Position numbers and translations under genes: made by a program | Shown: piece after piece, positions 60,502-64,000 of the stretch | Numbering within the stretch: the stretch's first letter is position 1 | How the letters are laid out: each line of letters opens with the position of its first letter | Assembly: GCA_964348135.1 (NCBI GenBank) | Contig: CAYGBL010000007.1 | Coordinates: 9,511-73,510, forward strand | DNA length: 64,000 nt | Origin: an uncultured Actinomycetota bacterium | Lineage (GTDB): Bacteria > Actinomycetota > Aquicultoria > JACQXZ01 > CAYGBL01 | Direction: 5' to 3' | The notes under the pieces: generated by a model | What the model saw: the letters and a program-made list of their open reading frames with translations, nothing else | The model's database searches: none | Told to the model about the DNA's origin: nothing

Positions 60502-60978
60502 TTAGCTAAATGTTCTTGATATCCATTCACCAAGATAATGGGTTAGAAGTATAACTATTAATGCAATAGCCAGGTGTTCTGTAATTACCAACCATGATTT
60601 TACCCTCTGCTCTTTGGCAATAATGTAACTGAAAACACCTATCAAAGATAATCCCCAAAATACACCTATGATAATTGCTGTTGTAAGTTGAAACAATACA
60701 ATTGGAACGATAAATGTAGAAGCAAAAATAAATTTCGAAAAAAAAGTAGTAACTGTCGCCTGCCATATCTCTTTAGTAATATGCTTATCCTCCGACTCTT
60801 CCGATATATGAATACCCAACGCATCTGAAAATGCATCAGCTACTGCTATAGTCAATACACCTCCAATGACTGCGAGTCTCGAATGAGTCCCGGAATGCAA
60901 CCCCACCATCAGGCCGAGGGTTGTGATTATTCCCGAAGTTAAGCCGAAACTAAATCCAGTCTTTAATGGATGTTCCAC
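60502..60978 (-). CDS. VIT1/CCC1-family (Fe/Mn transporter-like) membrane protein
   Basis: 158 aa with multiple TM helices and Gly-rich helices. The assignment is tentative. Confidence 0.4.
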   Translation of the reverse strand: MEHPLKTGFSFGLTSGIITTLGLMVGLHSGTHSRLAVIGGVLTIAVADAFSDALGIHISEESEDKHITKEIWQATVTTFFSKFIFASTFIVPIVLFQLTTAIIIGVFWGLSLIGVFSYIIAKEQRVKSWLVITEHLAIALIVILLTHYLGEWISRTFS

Positions 60979-61549
60979 GGTAACAGCCTTATACTAAAGT
61001 AATGAACTCCACGGTTAAAACTTAAAAACTTGTTTTGGATTCTGTCAACCAGTGATATTTAGCTTGATACTATTTCATATACAACGGAGTTTCAACGACA
61101 TTTGAATTTAACGTATGAGTTTGCAATTATCCCGCTATTTTTACAAGATTACTCTATAAGATGATTATATGGAAGCTAATATATTCCTGCTCCAGTTGCT
61201 CTAAAAACTGCCCTGGCTGAATGAACAAGCAAATCATACCTGAAGGAATTTTGTGAAGTGCAGCGAATAGCTCTAGATAATAAACAATTACTACAAAGAA
61301 AGGTAATCTTTAGCTAAAAAAGGAAACAGGGCAGTTATAATCGCCTTACTGGTTCTTTTTGCATTTCTGCTATTAGTCTCTTTATCCTGCTCTTCCGTTG
61401 CAAAGCAGGTAAAGAAAGCCGCCAGAAAAGTCCAAAAAGAGACATATCAAGATAGACTGAAGAAACTTTTAGGTAAACCACCTCAATTATATGCAGCTTC
61501 CAATGACGGATCGGATAATCTAGTTATCGTTGATTCCCAAACGGATGAA

Positions 61550-62407
61550 ATGAAAATTTCAGTGCCTGTCGAGGCTAAAATAGACAGTGTAGCAATGAGG
61601 CCTGACGGAGCTGAACTCTATGCTTACTCATATGAAACTAACAAGATTTTCATAATTAATCTTAAAGAAAACAAAATTACTAAGACTATAGAAAGTAAAG
61701 ATGAACCGGTGGCCGTTACTTTCCGTCCCGATGGGACCAAAGCCTACGTACTTCATCATGCTTCCAACTATATTTCCGTTATTGATACCGACAAGAAAGA
61801 AATTGAAACTACCATAGAGGTGGAAAAACAACCTGGTGCAATTGCCATATCCTTTGATGGAAAGCGGGCCTATGTAGGCCACACTATGAGAATGGAAGGC
61901 ATGGGAACTCAAACAATTGGGGGAATGTCCTTTGAGATGCCAAAATTTTCTCAAGGATCCAAAAACATTGTAGTAATTGATTTAGAGAAGAATAAAAAAA
62001 TAATGAGCACTCCAAGTAAAGGCAACTGTTCTGGAATAGCCATAAATCCAGAAGGATCCTACGTATGTGCAACAACTTCTTCTATCGATGTCGCCGGTAT
62101 GATGGCTGGGAAATCTATGGAAGGAGCAAAGGATACAGTAGTTGTAATTGACACTTCCGAAAATACGGTCATAAAAGAGATCGAGTTCGATTTAGGATCA
62201 GGACCTAAGGCAATCGCTTTTACCCCTGATGGAGAGAAAGCCTACGCTATTTGTGGTGCTAAGGACGATGCTGTTGTTATCAATACAGACACGCATGAAA
62301 TTTTAAGCAGGATTCCTCTCGGCTTGGGTGACCTGCAGATGTTGCCATCAGGTCTGATGGAAAAAAGGCCTACGTGTCCTCAGGAGGTCTGCAAGGTGGA
62401 GTATTAG
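61550..62407 (+). CDS. YVTN-family beta-propeller repeat protein (the ORF-track call is truncated at both ends)
   Basis: It carries repeated ..PDG.KAYV..........VID motifs. The reading frame is open upstream to 61307 and encodes a hydrophobic signal-like N-terminus. The C-terminal repeat continues in another frame to a TAG at 62518..62520. Confidence 0.6.
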   Translation: MKISVPVEAKIDSVAMRPDGAELYAYSYETNKIFIINLKENKITKTIESKDEPVAVTFRPDGTKAYVLHHASNYISVIDTDKKEIETTIEVEKQPGAIAISFDGKRAYVGHTMRMEGMGTQTIGGMSFEMPKFSQGSKNIVVIDLEKNKKIMSTPSKGNCSGIAINPEGSYVCATTSSIDVAGMMAGKSMEGAKDTVVVIDTSENTVIKEIEFDLGSGPKAIAFTPDGEKAYAICGAKDDAVVINTDTHEILSRIPLGLGDLQMLPSGLMEKRPTCPQEVCKVEY

Positions 62408-62516
62408 CGGTAATATATACATCAGTAGATAAAGTTATAAACAAGGTTAACGTTGGTGACAGCGAGGAAGCAAGCGCTCTGGGATTAGACGTAAATCCCT
62501 TCTGGTTTTTCGAGCA

Positions 62517-62936
62517 CTAGAAATAATAATGAAATATCAAGTCCAGCCTTCCGTGCTTGATTAGATAAGACCCAGAGAACCTCATTACCTCTCGAATCTT
62601 CTCCCGGTAAAAGGGTTTATAGCAATGAGTGGGACACTTCTTGCACATCGGTTTAGGATCGTAGGGACACTTCAAGCGCATTACTATTCCGTGGGAAAGA
62701 AGTCGAGTGCAATCTTCGCAGAGTAGCGGCTCTTTCTTAAAAACGGCAGGGTCAAAATTTTTAAAAGTGAACGCAGATTTATCTTTAATTCTATGATTCC
62801 GACGGCAATAAATATTAATAAAATCGCCTAATACTATAATTTCTTTTTCTATCTTGTCATCTATCTTCTCAGTTATCTTCAAAGTTCTCCAGTTTGAATA
62901 ATTGGACTTAGAGGATTTGTTTCTTCCACTCTCCAC
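62517..62936 (-). CDS. Cys-rich protein, possibly of the nitrous-oxide-stimulated-promoter family (YgbA/NosP-like)
   Basis: 139 aa with the motifs CEDCTRL...CPYDPKPMCKKCPTHCY. The match is weak. Confidence 0.35.
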   Translation of the reverse strand: MESGRNKSSKSNYSNWRTLKITEKIDDKIEKEIIVLGDFINIYCRRNHRIKDKSAFTFKNFDPAVFKKEPLLCEDCTRLLSHGIVMRLKCPYDPKPMCKKCPTHCYKPFYREKIREVMRFSGSYLIKHGRLDLIFHYYF

Positions 62937-62939
62937 TTT

Positions 62940-63191
62940 TCACTTCTCATTCTTCACTCTCTCTTCCATATATCTTTCATAAGTTTCCTCACCTAAACAC
63001 TCCCTGGCCCACTTGCACCATTCTATGCAAGATGGAGGCATGTCTCTTGAGACCTTTTTGCCACAATTATGACACATAGCTTTACCCTCATCAGACCAGA
63101 TTTCTACCTCACCGTGACAGTGCGGACATTCTGTACTTTCTGGTACTGGCTGCTTTATTAATTTTGATCCTGGACAAGAGAAATCAGCCAT
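62940..63191 (-). CDS. small zinc-ribbon protein
   Basis: It carries CPHCHGEVEIWSDEGKAMCHNCGKKV plus CIEWC. Confidence 0.4.
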   Translation of the reverse strand: MADFSCPGSKLIKQPVPESTECPHCHGEVEIWSDEGKAMCHNCGKKVSRDMPPSCIEWCKWARECLGEETYERYMEERVKNEK

Positions 63192-63423
63192 TTCTATCCT
63201 CTATACTTGCTTCTGTTTTACCTAACTATTCTCGTACTTCAATTTAATATATAGGACTATATTAGTCCAGTATGCCCGTTTTTGTCAAGCTTAAAACCTC
63301 TACAACTATGGCACCAAGTTATATACGATTAGCAAAAACTACTGTTGTGTACTGGCAGAATAAAAGAATAGCTGGTAAACTCAGTTCAAAATGAAGATTC
63401 AATAGTTCAACAAGGAGTGAGTT

Positions 63424-63942
63424 ATGGAATCGAAATATTGCGATGCTTTAGAATTCGCCATCGACCTTGAGCAAAAAGGACAGAAAATGTACCTCAGTGC
63501 CATTCAGAAGGCTAAAGATCCCCATACTAAAGATACGCTGCAATTCCTTGCGGATGAGGAGGTCAGCCATATCGAAAAAATCGAAAAATTTAATCAGGCA
63601 TTATTAGGTAAGGGTGATTTTGATGTTCAGAAAGAATGTCAGACCGATCTTCCCCAAAGAACCAAAGAATATATAGATAAAGTTACGCGGGAAAAGGGAG
63701 AAAAAGTTACTTTTGAAAGCACCGATATCGAGGTATACAACCTGGCTCTAGATATGGAAAAATCCAGTTATGACCTTTACAAAGATGCCTTTGAGAAAAA
63801 CTCGGACGAAAATCTCAAGAAATTTTTCAACTTTCTGATGCAAGAGGAACAAATTCATTACGATTTGCTTGCCGCCTCTAAAAAATATCTGCAAGATCCC
63901 TCATATTACTTCGAGGAATTCGGTGGTTGGATTTTTGGATAA
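63424..63942 (+). CDS. ferritin-like/rubrerythrin-type diiron domain protein
   Basis: 172 aa with two E...E..H helix pairs (EEVSHIEKI, QEEQIHYDLL). Confidence 0.6.
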   Translation: MESKYCDALEFAIDLEQKGQKMYLSAIQKAKDPHTKDTLQFLADEEVSHIEKIEKFNQALLGKGDFDVQKECQTDLPQRTKEYIDKVTREKGEKVTFESTDIEVYNLALDMEKSSYDLYKDAFEKNSDENLKKFFNFLMQEEQIHYDLLAASKKYLQDPSYYFEEFGGWIFG

Positions 63943-64000
63943 AAACCCCTTAAACCAATCATTATAGAATAACTTCTCATTGTCACATTCGCACGAAAGT

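Overview
Low-GC (~43%) anaerobe fragment in which nearly every gene is on the minus strand. The right two-thirds (about 29.3-56.8 kb) is a near-complete Wood-Ljungdahl (reductive acetyl-CoA) cluster. It holds acsE, fdhA with NuoE/NuoF-like partners, a URO-D-type methyltransferase, two cooC/acsF, metF-metV, a GltD-like flavoprotein carrying an MvhD domain, acsC-acsB-acsA(cooS)-acsD, an embedded fur-family regulator, folD, the RACo corrinoid activator and fhs. It is followed by a DUF39/NIL-ferredoxin homocysteine-synthesis pair sitting behind a textbook T-box leader, and then by a membrane-anchored pentaheme c-type cytochrome. The left third carries housekeeping genes (msrAB, leuBDCA, gatCAB, ligA), stress and small genes, two CPBP proteases, a radical-SAM enzyme, a divergent pair of XRE regulators and a UPF0182 membrane protein. 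Things the ORF track misses: (i) a SelW-like selenoprotein with an in-frame UGA and a SECIS-like hairpin; (ii) the T-box riboswitch; (iii) two genome-specific repeat families: heptamer-based inverted repeats at almost every intercistronic junction of the WL cluster, and a dispersed REP-like element with a compensatory hairpin and tandem 23-mers; (iv) several genes whose true starts are non-ATG or lie inside the ORF-track call; (v) a frameshifted YVTN beta-propeller gene. No CRISPR array, rRNA or tRNA was seen. Taxonomy is not established; the gene content is compatible with a Chloroflexota-, Firmicutes- or candidate-phylum-like acetogen or syntroph.
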